From Candidatus Eiseniibacteriota bacterium (lineage in GTDB: Bacteria > Eisenbacteria > RBG-16-71-46), in contig CAVUWA010000005.1 in the NCBI GenBank assembly GCA_963744995.1, positions 256,001-320,000 of the forward strand: a DNA stretch of 64,000 nucleotides, in the 5' to 3' direction. The notes beneath the pieces were generated by a model. That model was not told the origin of the DNA and did not search any database. It worked only from the letters and a program-made list of their open reading frames with translations. Made by a program: the position numbers and the translations under genes. Below are positions 31,195 through 40,817 of the stretch, one piece after another (positions within the stretch are counted from its first letter, which is position 1; each line of letters starts with the position of its first letter).

Positions 31195-31983
31195 TTGAAA
31201 GTCATCGCCGCCGCTGCCCTCTTCGCCGTCCTGCTGACCGTCTCACCGGCCGGGGCTGTCACCGTGCGGATTCCCTATACGGGACAACTCGCGGACGGCG
31301 GCGCTCCGGTCGAAGGGACGCATGCGGTGACCATCCAGATGTACGACGCCGAGTCCGCCGGCAACCTGCTCTTCACCTACAGCGGCGCACTCCCGTTCGA
31401 TCACGGCGTCTTCAGCGTCGATCTCGAGCTCGACAGCGCAATCATCGTCTCACACGATTCGCTGTGGGTAGGGGTCGCGCTCGACGGCGCCCCCGAGCTC
31501 GTTCCGCGCGTGCGGATCGGGGTCGTGCCATATGCCGTGCGCGCCCTCTCCCCGCAACCGTCACCGCCCCCCGGAACGGCCTTCGCATGGGACTTCCCCA
31601 CCATTCCGGTCCCCGATCGGGCCGGGGAATGGACCGCGGTCGCGGAGGTCACCCTGAACGCACCGGCCGCGGGACAGGTGTGGGTCACCTGCTCCGGCTG
31701 GTGGCAGGAGAATTCGAACACCGTGCCGAACTATGTCGGGGTCGAGTTCATTCTCGGCGAGGGCACCCCGCCGCCGATTTCGCAGATGCAGCAGTACCAC
31801 GGATTCTTCCAGTTCAGGAGCTGGCCATTCTCGCATACGACGGTGCTGCCGGCCTCGGCGGGCCCGCACACCTACACGATGTGGGTATCCGTCTCTTCCC
31901 CGAGCCAGCCGCTCACGGCCTTCCCCCTGGTGACGCCCGCCACCATGCAGGCGATGTGGGTTCCGGCCGACTACGGGAACTAG
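31195..31983 (+). CDS. Secreted hypothetical protein
   Basis: GGGAGG RBS and TTG start. Signal peptide (..SPAGA), then an IPYTGQLADGGAPVEG...YDAESAGNLLF...LVPRVRIGVVPYA module of the kind seen in FCB surface proteins. Confidence 0.65.
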   Translation: MKVIAAAALFAVLLTVSPAGAVTVRIPYTGQLADGGAPVEGTHAVTIQMYDAESAGNLLFTYSGALPFDHGVFSVDLELDSAIIVSHDSLWVGVALDGAPELVPRVRIGVVPYAVRALSPQPSPPPGTAFAWDFPTIPVPDRAGEWTAVAEVTLNAPAAGQVWVTCSGWWQENSNTVPNYVGVEFILGEGTPPPISQMQQYHGFFQFRSWPFSHTTVLPASAGPHTYTMWVSVSSPSQPLTAFPLVTPATMQAMWVPADYGN

Positions 31984-31995
31984 CGGGGATACTCC

Positions 31996-32511
31996 ATGAG
32001 CCATCGCCTCACAATTGCGCTGCTGTGCACGGTCGCATCCTGCGCAGCCGGTTCGGCGCACGCCGCGGTCACGCTGCTGCGTTCGGCGTTCGCCAGTGCC
32101 GCGGTGGTCCAGGATCACGGTGTGCTGGCGGTCGGCGATCCCATCTCCGGGCGGAGCACCGGCGGCTCGCACACGCTGTGGCACGGCATTCCGGGACCAT
32201 GGTTCTCCGCGGTGACCGCGACCCCCACCGCCTCGCCCGCGCCGGGCGCGTGGCTGGTCGTCGCCGGCCCGAACCCGTGCCGCCACCATTGCGGCATCCG
32301 CTATTCCGCAGGCGGCGAGACGCCGGTCTCGCTCGACGTGTACGACGTCGCCGGGCGCCGCGTGCGGACGCTGGCGCCGGATCTCCGCGTCGGCGTCGCC
32401 GACTGGTTGCTCGACACCGATCTGGGTGGCCGCGTGCCGGGCGGACTCTATTTCATCCGCCTCCGTGCGGGCCCGGCGCAGTTCGTTCGACGCGTCGTGG
32501 TGTTGCACTGA
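31996..32511 (+). CDS. Small secreted protein consisting mostly of a T9SS-A/FlgD-Ig-like C-terminal domain
   Basis: Signal peptide (SAHA); GPNP...LDVYDVAGRRVRTL...GGLYFIRL. Confidence 0.7.
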   Translation: MSHRLTIALLCTVASCAAGSAHAAVTLLRSAFASAAVVQDHGVLAVGDPISGRSTGGSHTLWHGIPGPWFSAVTATPTASPAPGAWLVVAGPNPCRHHCGIRYSAGGETPVSLDVYDVAGRRVRTLAPDLRVGVADWLLDTDLGGRVPGGLYFIRLRAGPAQFVRRVVVLH

Positions 32512-32563
32512 CGAGAACGAGGAAGATCACGTGAAGGTCTTCCGGTGATGATGTCCTCGACGG

Positions 32564-33091
32564 TTACGCGGAAACCGCCGCCTTCGGCCTGAAGGCTTCA
32601 GCGTTCTCGTTGAAGTGCCAGATGTGGGGTGGCGTGATGCCGAGAGTCCGCAGGTAGGCGTAGACCTGCCCGCGGTGATGCACGTATTCGGTCTGGCTCA
32701 GCGAGAACGCAACGAACGCAGGGAAGGACATGCCCCACGGCGTCGGCGTCATGACCATCAGCTTCTCGTCGGTCATCGCGTGTACGGCACGGTCGGCCGC
32801 GTCCCAGCACGTCTGGCAGTAGTCCAGCAGTTCCTGCCGGGTTCCGATGCCTGCCGCGATCTGCTTCTCGTTCTTTTCGGTCTCGTTGGTGATCTCGCCC
32901 TGCTGTGCGCCCTCGGCGACCTCGCGCAGCACCTGGCCGTACATGTGCACGGCAAGTTCCTTCGGGGTGCGCATGCCCGGAATCACCGTCGCGCCGAGTC
33001 TGTCTTCGGGAATCATCCCGATCGCGCGCAGTCCGACGCCCTGCGCCATGCGCAACTGGTCCCAGGACTGCAGCACTGCCTGCCTGTTCAT
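32564..33091 (-). CDS. DinB family protein
   Basis: MRTPKELAVH ... HHRGQVYAYLRTLG; GGAGG RBS. Confidence 0.85.
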   Translation of the reverse strand: MNRQAVLQSWDQLRMAQGVGLRAIGMIPEDRLGATVIPGMRTPKELAVHMYGQVLREVAEGAQQGEITNETEKNEKQIAAGIGTRQELLDYCQTCWDAADRAVHAMTDEKLMVMTPTPWGMSFPAFVAFSLSQTEYVHHRGQVYAYLRTLGITPPHIWHFNENAEAFRPKAAVSA

Positions 33092-33212
33092 CAATGACCT
33101 CCGCGGGTAGAGAGCTTCGCCTCGGTGAGCCCAAGGCACGAAGACCGGTGACCATACCCGACCGCGGGCGGGCGGGCGCGAAATATCTCGGAGTCGGCCC
33201 GCAGTGCCGCGC

Positions 33213-34913
33213 TCAGCGCAGCGGATTGTCCAGCGTCACCTGCCGCACCCACGTGCCGTGCACGCCGGTCTCGCGCCCGGCGAGGTCCTCGAAGCGGTCG
33301 AACAGGCCGGCGCGCTTGGGCGCGTCGTCGCCTGGCAGCGGCGCGACGCCGCCGACGCCGCGCAGCCGTTCGATCGTCGGCGCGGGGACGGACGCATATT
33401 GGATGGGCACGCCCGGGCGGGCGTGCGGCAGGCGCTGCAGCTCGGCCTCGATCTCCGGCACCGGCGCGGGGCTCGCGACCACCAGCATGTGCTCCCTGCC
33501 GCCCCGGCTGGTCACAGTCCACGCGTTCTCCTCGCCCGCCACCGGGCCCGGCAGGGTGATTGCGCTGTCCGCGGGCAGCGGGTTGGCGAGATCGAAGCTC
33601 TGCTGCGGAAACAGCAGGAACGCGGCGCCGCGCTCATCCTCGTTGAGCACGTAGACCCACGCGCGCCGTGTGGCGTGGAACTCCAGCGTCAGCCGGTCGC
33701 CCGGAGCGACGCGGTCGCCGTTGGCGAGCCGCTCCGTGCCATCGTCCGAGTGGCGTATGAAGGTGGCCTCGACGTCGTAGGCGACGGGCTGAACCGGAGC
33801 CGCGGGCGCCGGCGCCGTGACGGTTTCTTCGGGTACGCGCCGCGCCAGATGGGGCAGCAGCCACGCCGCGCCGGCAACGAGCACGATGGCGGCGGCGAGC
33901 AACGCGGTGCGTGCGCGCGCGCCGCGCGGCTTCGCGGCGGCTTCCAGCGCTGCGGCCAGCGCCTCGGCGCCGCCGAAGCGCTGTTCGGGATCGGGCGCCA
34001 TGGCGCGTTCGATCGCCGCGACGAGCGGCGCGGGCGCGGCGGGGCACTCGCGCGCGAGCGGCACGGCCGGCCCCTTGCGCGCTTCCACGAGCAACTCTCC
34101 GACGGTGCCCGCCGCAAACGGCAGCTGTCCGGCCAGCGCACAGCGCAGCGTCACGCCGAGCGCGTAGAGATCGGTGCGCGGCGTCGCGGCGCCGCCCTGG
34201 AGGCGCTCGGGCGCCATGAACATCGGCGTGCCGGAGACGCGCAGCGGATCGGTCCCGGCGAGCGCGCGCAACCGGCCGAGTCCGAAGTCGGCGAGCACGA
34301 CACGGTCATCGCCTTCGAGCACCACGTTCGCGGGCTTCAGGTCGCGATGCACGAGACCCGCGGCATGCACGGCCGCGAGCGCGCGCGCGAGCCGCGCGCC
34401 GAGGCGTGCCACCTCCAGCGCATCGAACGCGCCGCGCCGCTCGATCTCGGCGGCGAGCGTGGGTCCGCGCAGGAATTCCATCCACATCCCCGCGCGGCCG
34501 TCGTGCTCGGCCACGCCGTAGACCGTGACGACGTCCGGATGCCGCACGCGTGCCAGCGCGCGCGCCTCGTCCAGCAGCGTGCCCGGGGGGCCCGCCTCGG
34601 TCGCGCGCAGCGCGAGCAGCTTGAGCGCGACCTCGCGCTGCAGCGCCGGATCCCAGGCGCGCCACACTTCGCCGTTCGCGCCGGCGCCCACCTGCTCGAG
34701 CATCAGCAGCGGCCCCCACGCCTGCGGCGGTTCCGTGGTCCCCGCCTCGCTCGCCCGCTGCAGGTCGCGATGGAACGCGGCGATCCGCGAGACGTCGTGC
34801 ATCGCCTTCACGTCGGCGCCGCCACCATCGCTCTCGACCGCATCCCAGTCCACGGCGCCGCCGTCGGACACCGACTCCGCCAGCCGCTCGAGCGGGTCAC
34901 GGTCGGCGGTCAT
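33213..34913 (-). CDS. Ser/Thr protein kinase with TM segment and DUF4384-like C-terminal domain
   Basis: VALKLL, HRDLKPAN, DFGLG and GTPMFMAPE motifs; TM segment; GDRL...WVYVLNEDERG..FLLFP. Confidence 0.88.
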   Translation of the reverse strand: MTADRDPLERLAESVSDGGAVDWDAVESDGGGADVKAMHDVSRIAAFHRDLQRASEAGTTEPPQAWGPLLMLEQVGAGANGEVWRAWDPALQREVALKLLALRATEAGPPGTLLDEARALARVRHPDVVTVYGVAEHDGRAGMWMEFLRGPTLAAEIERRGAFDALEVARLGARLARALAAVHAAGLVHRDLKPANVVLEGDDRVVLADFGLGRLRALAGTDPLRVSGTPMFMAPERLQGGAATPRTDLYALGVTLRCALAGQLPFAAGTVGELLVEARKGPAVPLARECPAAPAPLVAAIERAMAPDPEQRFGGAEALAAALEAAAKPRGARARTALLAAAIVLVAGAAWLLPHLARRVPEETVTAPAPAAPVQPVAYDVEATFIRHSDDGTERLANGDRVAPGDRLTLEFHATRRAWVYVLNEDERGAAFLLFPQQSFDLANPLPADSAITLPGPVAGEENAWTVTSRGGREHMLVVASPAPVPEIEAELQRLPHARPGVPIQYASVPAPTIERLRGVGGVAPLPGDDAPKRAGLFDRFEDLAGRETGVHGTWVRQVTLDNPLR

Positions 34914-35496
34914 GACCCATCCGCTCGGCGAGCTTCTTCAGCGCGCGCTGCACCGCCATCCGCGCCGCGTCGCGGCTCGGCCGCCCGGTCATGGCGGCGA
35001 CGGTCTCGTAGTCGAAGTCCAGCTCGATTCTCAGGTGCACCAGCTGCCGCTCCTCTTCCTCGAGGCTCGCGAGCGCCCTCTCGTAGCGATCCAGCACCTG
35101 GCTGCCGATCGCCTGTTCGAGCGGCGACGGCGCGCGATCCGTCAGGTCGTCCGGAATCCCGCCGGGGCCCGGCCTTCTGCGGGCCCACCGGATCTGATCC
35201 CTGATACGGTTGAGCACCGCCTGGCGAACGTAGGCCTGGAACCCGCCCGGGCCGCGGACCTCGATCCCGTCCAGGCCCTCGATCGCCCGCATCATCGTCT
35301 CCTGCACCAGATCCGTGGTGTCGAGCAGCGAGCGTGCATAGCGCGGCAGGCGCCCGCTCGCCCAGCGTTGCAGGCGCGGCAGATAGCGGGCCGTGAGCAC
35401 GGCGAGCGCACGCTGGTCGCCGTCCTTCGCACGCTGGAGGAGCTCCGTCGTGAGGAGCAGATCGTCGGGCTGATCGGGTGATGAGGACTGGGTCAT
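34897..35496 (-). CDS. ECF RNA polymerase sigma factor, kinase-associated type
   Basis: TELLQRAKDGDQRAL, DTTDLVQET, AYVRQAVLNRIRD and a region-4 HTH. Its 3' end overlaps the kinase start. Confidence 0.88.
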   Translation of the reverse strand: MTQSSSPDQPDDLLLTTELLQRAKDGDQRALAVLTARYLPRLQRWASGRLPRYARSLLDTTDLVQETMMRAIEGLDGIEVRGPGGFQAYVRQAVLNRIRDQIRWARRRPGPGGIPDDLTDRAPSPLEQAIGSQVLDRYERALASLEEEERQLVHLRIELDFDYETVAAMTGRPSRDAARMAVQRALKKLAERMGHDRRP

Positions 35497-35623
35497 GGCA
35501 GATCCGTGAGGGTCCGGTGCCCCATTGTGCACCGGCGGCTCCCCCTCCCGCCACACCGGTTCGCCAGGGAGCCGGCGGCGGCCGCCTTTCGCAACCGACC
35601 CGGATGCGCTAGAACTCCCGGCC

Positions 35624-36769
35624 ATGAAACGGACCCTCATCCTCGGCGCCGGCTTCGGCGGACTCACGGTGGCCCATGAACTCGGCAGGCGGCTCGGCGA
35701 CACGCACGAAAGCGTGGTGATCGACGGCCGCTCGCACTTCCTGATGGGGCTGCGCAAACCGTGGGCGCTCGCGGGCCTCGACCGCATGGACGGCGGGATG
35801 CGCGACCGCGGCAAGCTCAAGGCGAAGGGTGCGCGCTTCATCGAGCGCCGGATCACGAAGATCGAACCCGAGGCGCGCCGCGTGCACCTCGGGGCCGAGA
35901 CCCTCGATGGTGACTACCTCGTCGTCGCGCTCGGCGCGGAACCGCGCCCGGACATGGTGCCGGGCCTTGCGGAGCACGGCCACGACCTCTACGACGCCAC
36001 CGAGATCCCGGCGCTGCTCGACGCGCTCGCCCGCTTCGCCGGCGGCACGCTGCAGATCCTCGTCGCCGGCGGCCCGTACAAGTGCCCGCCGGCGCCGTTC
36101 GACACGGCCATGCTGCTGGACGAGCGTCTGCGCAAGGACGGCCTGCGCGAGCGCACCCGCCTCATCGTGACCACGTTTCAGTCCATGCTCCTTCCCAACG
36201 CGGGCCGCGACGGCTCGGCGTGGCTCGGGGACCAGCTCACCCATCGCGGCATCGAGTGGCAGGTCGGCCGCAAGGTGAAGCACGTCGAAGCCAAGCAGGT
36301 CGTGTTCGAGGATGGAACGCAACCGTTCGATCTGCTGATCGGGGTGCCGCCGCATCGCCCGCCGGCGGTGATCCAGGACAGCGGGCTCGAGGGCCAGGGG
36401 CCGTGGGTCGTCGTCGACCGCACGACGCTGCGCACGCCCCATGCGAACGTGTTCGCGATCGGCGACGTGACCCAGGTCACGCTCGCGAACGGGCTGCCGC
36501 TGCCCAAGGCCGGACTGTTCGCCGAGCTCGAGGGCATGCAGGTCGCGGCCGCCATCGCCGCCGACGTGAAGGGCGAGGCGCCGCCGCCACCGTTCGATGG
36601 CCGCGGCTACTGCTTCATCGAGCTGGGCCGCCACGCCGCCGGCCGGGTCGAAGGCGAGTTCTTCGCGAGCCCCGAGCCGAAGGTGACGGTCGGTGAGATC
36701 AGCGCCGCGCACGCGGCGGAAAAGCGCCGCTTCGAGGCCGAGCGGCTGGAGCGCTGGTTCGGCGGCTGA
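35624..36769 (+). CDS. Sulfide:quinone oxidoreductase-like flavoprotein
   Basis: ILGAGFGGL, PYKCPPAP, FAIGDV, LPKAG and GYCFIE motifs (two SQR-type Cys). Confidence 0.75.
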   Translation: MKRTLILGAGFGGLTVAHELGRRLGDTHESVVIDGRSHFLMGLRKPWALAGLDRMDGGMRDRGKLKAKGARFIERRITKIEPEARRVHLGAETLDGDYLVVALGAEPRPDMVPGLAEHGHDLYDATEIPALLDALARFAGGTLQILVAGGPYKCPPAPFDTAMLLDERLRKDGLRERTRLIVTTFQSMLLPNAGRDGSAWLGDQLTHRGIEWQVGRKVKHVEAKQVVFEDGTQPFDLLIGVPPHRPPAVIQDSGLEGQGPWVVVDRTTLRTPHANVFAIGDVTQVTLANGLPLPKAGLFAELEGMQVAAAIAADVKGEAPPPPFDGRGYCFIELGRHAAGRVEGEFFASPEPKVTVGEISAAHAAEKRRFEAERLERWFGG

Positions 36770-36874
36770 TTCCTCGCCGCACGCCCACCTGCCGTCCGAG
36801 GGCCGTCATGGCCTGACCGCCGTCGCGGGCGGACGCGGCGTCCCGCACGGACCATGTGGCCCGAATGGTCCCGG

Positions 36875-37324
36875 CTACGCCTGACCGCCCACCGGCAGGG
36901 GTATCGTGTAGCACACGGCCGTCCCGTCGAGCACCACGGTGCCGTCGTCGCGCAGCACGCGCGTCTCGAGCTCGGTGATCGGCTTGTCCGCGCGCACCTT
37001 CACCACCTTCACCTCGCCGGTGATCGTGTCGCCGGGACGTACCGGCGCCTTGAAGCCCCACCGCACTTCGAGGAACACCGTGCCGGGGCCAGGCAGATCC
37101 TCGGCCACCACCGCGTTGAGAATGCCGCTCGTCACGCCGCCCTGGACCACGATCCCGCCCATGCGCGTCTGCTTCGCCAGCGCCTCGTCGTAGTGGAGCG
37201 GATTGCGATCGCCGGTCATCTGGGTGAACAATTCGATGTCGCGCGCGCTGATCTTGCGCGAACGCGTCGCGGTTTGCCCGACCGCGGGAATGCCGCGCGG
37301 CCAGGCGGTGGTCGAGTCCGTCAT
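36875..37324 (-). CDS. MaoC family (R)-specific enoyl-CoA hydratase/dehydratase
   Basis: FTQMTGDRNPLHYD, LPGPGTVFL and FKAPVRPGDTI motifs; GAGGGAGG RBS. Confidence 0.9.
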   Translation of the reverse strand: MTDSTTAWPRGIPAVGQTATRSRKISARDIELFTQMTGDRNPLHYDEALAKQTRMGGIVVQGGVTSGILNAVVAEDLPGPGTVFLEVRWGFKAPVRPGDTITGEVKVVKVRADKPITELETRVLRDDGTVVLDGTAVCYTIPLPVGGQA

Positions 37325-37429
37325 CCTGATCCTCCCTCGTCGAGATCGCGGCCCCGCCGGGGGGCGGAACGCATGCCGCCGAAGCGGACACGCCAACGTG
37401 CTGCCCCGGGCTGGCGGCAGCCTACCCCA

Positions 37430-38647
37430 TCACGTCCGACCCGGTGTGCGCCGCAGCGTTGCGCGCACCTCGGCGCCGTGCTCGACGATGAAGCGCAGCA
37501 CCTCGCACGCCCGCTCGACGTCCGCCACCGCCGTGGCCATACCGGTCGGCATCACCAGCACCTCGCGCGCCAGGCGCTCCGTGTGGGGAAGCGCAGGGCG
37601 CGGCGTGGAAGCGTCCGAGCGGTAGGGTTCGGCCAGGTGACAGCCGGGGAAGAAGTAGCGACGCGCGCGGATGTTCTCGCTCGCGAGCACCTCCAGGATC
37701 TCGTTGCGGTCCGCGCCGATGGTCGCCTCGTCCAGCTCGAGGACGACGTAGTGCAGGTTGCTTTCGTTCGCGGGATCTCTGGTCAGGATGCGGATCCCGC
37801 GCGCCCCCTGCAGAGCGCGGCGATAGGCCGCGTCATTGGCCCGATTGGCGGCGAGGAAGTCGTCGATGCACTCGAGGTTCGCCAGCCCGAGCGCGGCGGC
37901 GAGCTCCTGCATCTTCCCGTTGGTGCCATGCATCGCGACGGTGTCCCCGTCGGTGATGCCGAAATTGATCATGGGGGCGCACCGCTCCGCGAGAGCGTCG
38001 TCGCGGGTCAGGATGCAGCCGCCCTCGCCGGCGTTCAGGACCTTGGTCGCGTGGAAGCTGAAGACTTCGGCGTCGCCGAACCCGCCCAGGGGCGTCCCCC
38101 GCCACGCGCATCCGAAGGCATGCGCCGAGTCGAAGATCAGCCTGAGGCCGCGCTCGCGGCACAGCCGTGCGAGGGCATCGACGTCGCACGCCTGCCCCCA
38201 GAGATTGACGGCGAGCACGGCCGACGTGCGCGGCGTCAGGCGCGCTTCGACCTCGCGGACGTCGAGACAGTGATGCGTCGGATCGACGTCGCAGAAGACA
38301 GGCGTGACGCCTTCCCGCCGGAGGGCGTGCACGGGAGAGATGAACGTGAAGGAGGGGACGACGACCTCTCCGCGCAGATCCATGGCACGGATGACGATTT
38401 CGAGCGCCGTCGTGGCGCTGCACGTCACGATGCAGTTGCGCACGCCGGATCGCCGGGCGAGCTCCGCCTCGAACGCCCGAACGGTCGGTCCGTGATTCGA
38501 GAGCATCCCGGTGCGCATGATGGCTTCGGCGCGGGCCGCGAACACCTCCGGCGGACACAGGTTCGGACGACCGACGACCAGCGGCCGGGAGAATTCCGGC
38601 GATCCCCCGAAGATCGCAAGATCGGACACGCGCCGCTTCGCGGTCAC
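37430..38647 (-). CDS. DegT/DnrJ/EryC1/StrS sugar aminotransferase (VioA/DesI-like)
   Basis: VVGRPN, VPSFTF, IFDSAHAFG, FSFHATK (PLP Lys), EGG and GTNGKM motifs. Confidence 0.9.
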   Translation of the reverse strand: MTAKRRVSDLAIFGGSPEFSRPLVVGRPNLCPPEVFAARAEAIMRTGMLSNHGPTVRAFEAELARRSGVRNCIVTCSATTALEIVIRAMDLRGEVVVPSFTFISPVHALRREGVTPVFCDVDPTHHCLDVREVEARLTPRTSAVLAVNLWGQACDVDALARLCRERGLRLIFDSAHAFGCAWRGTPLGGFGDAEVFSFHATKVLNAGEGGCILTRDDALAERCAPMINFGITDGDTVAMHGTNGKMQELAAALGLANLECIDDFLAANRANDAAYRRALQGARGIRILTRDPANESNLHYVVLELDEATIGADRNEILEVLASENIRARRYFFPGCHLAEPYRSDASTPRPALPHTERLAREVLVMPTGMATAVADVERACEVLRFIVEHGAEVRATLRRTPGRT

Positions 38648-38660
38648 GACGCCTGCCCCT

Positions 38661-39719
38661 TCATCCCCGTTCCACCGCGGGCCGCAGATTCGACGCCCGC
38701 TTCATGAGCCGATCCAGCGCGCGTCCGGGCAGCACGCGCAGCGCGAAGCCGGCCGCGAGCCGCGGCGATTTGCGCCAGATCAGGGCCATGTCCCGGGTGA
38801 AGGTCCGCGGGCTGGGATGCTCGAGCACGTGGCTCGCCAGCAGCCGCGAGAACGCCCGGCGCCACTCGGCCCGCTGCTCGATGTCGAGCCGTTCGCCCAG
38901 CACCGCATAGACCTCGATCTCGTCGGCGAGCTGTTGCGAACGGCCCCGGCTGAACCACGAGCCGCCCGCATGCCGCCGGTACACGGCCATGCTGTCCGGA
39001 ATGTAGCCGATCCAGCGCTGGCGGCCGTTCGCGACCGCGAGGGCGTGGCGCGCGAAATCGCGATAGGGAAGCGCGTAGAACCACTCCTGATCCTCCCGGG
39101 CCGGCACGTTCCGGTACATTTCGCTCGACGTGAAGATGAAGTTGCCCAGGCGCAGCAGATCGTCGAGCGAGTAGTGGGGACCCTCCAGCGGCGGAGCCGG
39201 ATGGACGTTTTTCCGCAGCACGCCCTGGGTCCGATCGTCGAGGTCGACCGCGTGAAAGCAGGACGCGCACTCCGGGTGGGCCTGCAGGAAGTCGACCTGC
39301 TTCTGGAGCTTCAGCGGGTCGGTCCAGTAGTCGTCGCCGTCGCAGAGCGCGATGAACGCACCGCGCGCGGCCTGGCGTGACCAGATGCCGTTCAGGCGTT
39401 TTCGGCGGCCGCGCGTTTCGTACACCGCCTCTTCACGAGAACGCAGGAAGAGCCTGATCAGCCCCGGCTGACGCGTCGCGTATTCGATGCACCGTTCGCG
39501 GGTACCGTCCGTCGAGCCGTCTTCGCCGATGACGACTTCGAAAGGGAAGTCCGTGCGTTGCGCGAGGATCCCGTCGAGGCATCGCTCGATGACATCCGCC
39601 TGCTGGTAGGTCGTCACGACCGCCGAGACCAGCGGCTCCGGCCTCGCGACCCGCCACTCCATCGTCTCGGCGTACTCGCGCTCCAGCGTCGAGCGCCGGC
39701 GGGCTTCAGAGTGGATCAT
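38661..39719 (-). CDS. Glycosyltransferase family 2
   Basis: QRTDFPFEVVIGEDGSTDGT, IALCDGDDYWTDPLKLQKQV and MAVYRRH motifs. Confidence 0.9.
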   Translation of the reverse strand: MIHSEARRRSTLEREYAETMEWRVARPEPLVSAVVTTYQQADVIERCLDGILAQRTDFPFEVVIGEDGSTDGTRERCIEYATRQPGLIRLFLRSREEAVYETRGRRKRLNGIWSRQAARGAFIALCDGDDYWTDPLKLQKQVDFLQAHPECASCFHAVDLDDRTQGVLRKNVHPAPPLEGPHYSLDDLLRLGNFIFTSSEMYRNVPAREDQEWFYALPYRDFARHALAVANGRQRWIGYIPDSMAVYRRHAGGSWFSRGRSQQLADEIEVYAVLGERLDIEQRAEWRRAFSRLLASHVLEHPSPRTFTRDMALIWRKSPRLAAGFALRVLPGRALDRLMKRASNLRPAVERG

Positions 39720-40815
39720 CGCGCCGGTATCGTCCCGTTCGTTCGAGGCGCTCCCGGACTTCGCCGGGCAGCCCGCGGCTCGCCGGTACGCGAACGATCC
39801 GCGTGAGAGCCGAAGGCGGAAGCCGCCGGAGCGTGATCCCCGCGAAGCAGCGCAGGGTCAGGGCGATTTCGTCGAAGCCGAGCAGCGCCCGGGCCGCGGT
39901 CGCGCCGGTGAAGCGGCCGTTGTACTCGAAGATGCCGAGCCCGTCCCCCGGCATGCTCTGGCACTGGATGTTCAGCGGGCCCCGCCAGCCCGCCTCGATG
40001 AATGGCCGGGCGCAGGCCAGCCCCAGCGCCCGCACCTCGGCCCGCTCGTCGCGCGCCACCGCCACGGACATCCCCTGGCGCATGACATGGGTCGTCCCGC
40101 ACACGTCCTGCACCGCGCCGTCCGGACCGATGATGACCTGCACCGAGCACTTGGCATCTTCGAACGAGAAGAACAGGGGCCAGCCGCGCGACCGCATCCT
40201 CCCCACGTCCGCATTCACCTCGGCGCCGTCGCCCAGGTACTTCTGGAGCAGCAGACCCGAATCGCGCGGGACGGCCTCGAGCTGTGCGCGTTCGAGAATC
40301 AGGGACACGCCCTGCGAGGCGAAGCCGTAGCGCGGTTTCAGCACGAGCGGGAAGCCGTGCGCCTCGACGAACGCTTCGATCCCGCCCGAGTCGTCGAGCC
40401 GCAGGGTCGGCGCGAACGGCAGCCCATGGTCCCGGGAGAAGGTCCAGCTCGTCCACTTGTCGAGCAGGACGTCCGCGGCCTCGGAACTCCCAGCCAGCAG
40501 ACGGGGCGCCCATTCGGGCCGGCGCCGCGCCAGATGCGCGAGGAACACCACGTCGTCGTCGCGGCAGGGAATGACGAGGCTCGGCCCGGCCGCGTCGATG
40601 AGCGCTTCGACGACCCGCGACATGCCGGCGGGGTCCTGCCTCGTCTCGGGAACCATGTGGACTTCGTCGAAGTCCTGCAGGGTCGCCGCGTCGGCGGCGC
40701 TGCTGGTCGCCACCAGGTGGAATCGGGCGCGTTCGGCCGCGAGCGCCTGGATGACGTTCTGGCCGACGAGGCTCGACCCACTGAGCAGCAGCAGCGTCGG
40801 TCTTGAAGTCGCCAA
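39706..40815 (-). CDS. ATP-grasp domain protein
   Basis: VIPCRDDD, DKW, FPLVLKPRYGFASQGV, LQKYL, GPLNIQ and FEYNGRFTG motifs. Confidence 0.75.
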   Translation of the reverse strand: MATSRPTLLLLSGSSLVGQNVIQALAAERARFHLVATSSAADAATLQDFDEVHMVPETRQDPAGMSRVVEALIDAAGPSLVIPCRDDDVVFLAHLARRRPEWAPRLLAGSSEAADVLLDKWTSWTFSRDHGLPFAPTLRLDDSGGIEAFVEAHGFPLVLKPRYGFASQGVSLILERAQLEAVPRDSGLLLQKYLGDGAEVNADVGRMRSRGWPLFFSFEDAKCSVQVIIGPDGAVQDVCGTTHVMRQGMSVAVARDERAEVRALGLACARPFIEAGWRGPLNIQCQSMPGDGLGIFEYNGRFTGATAARALLGFDEIALTLRCFAGITLRRLPPSALTRIVRVPASRGLPGEVRERLERTGRYRRDDPL

Positions 40816-40817
40816 CG

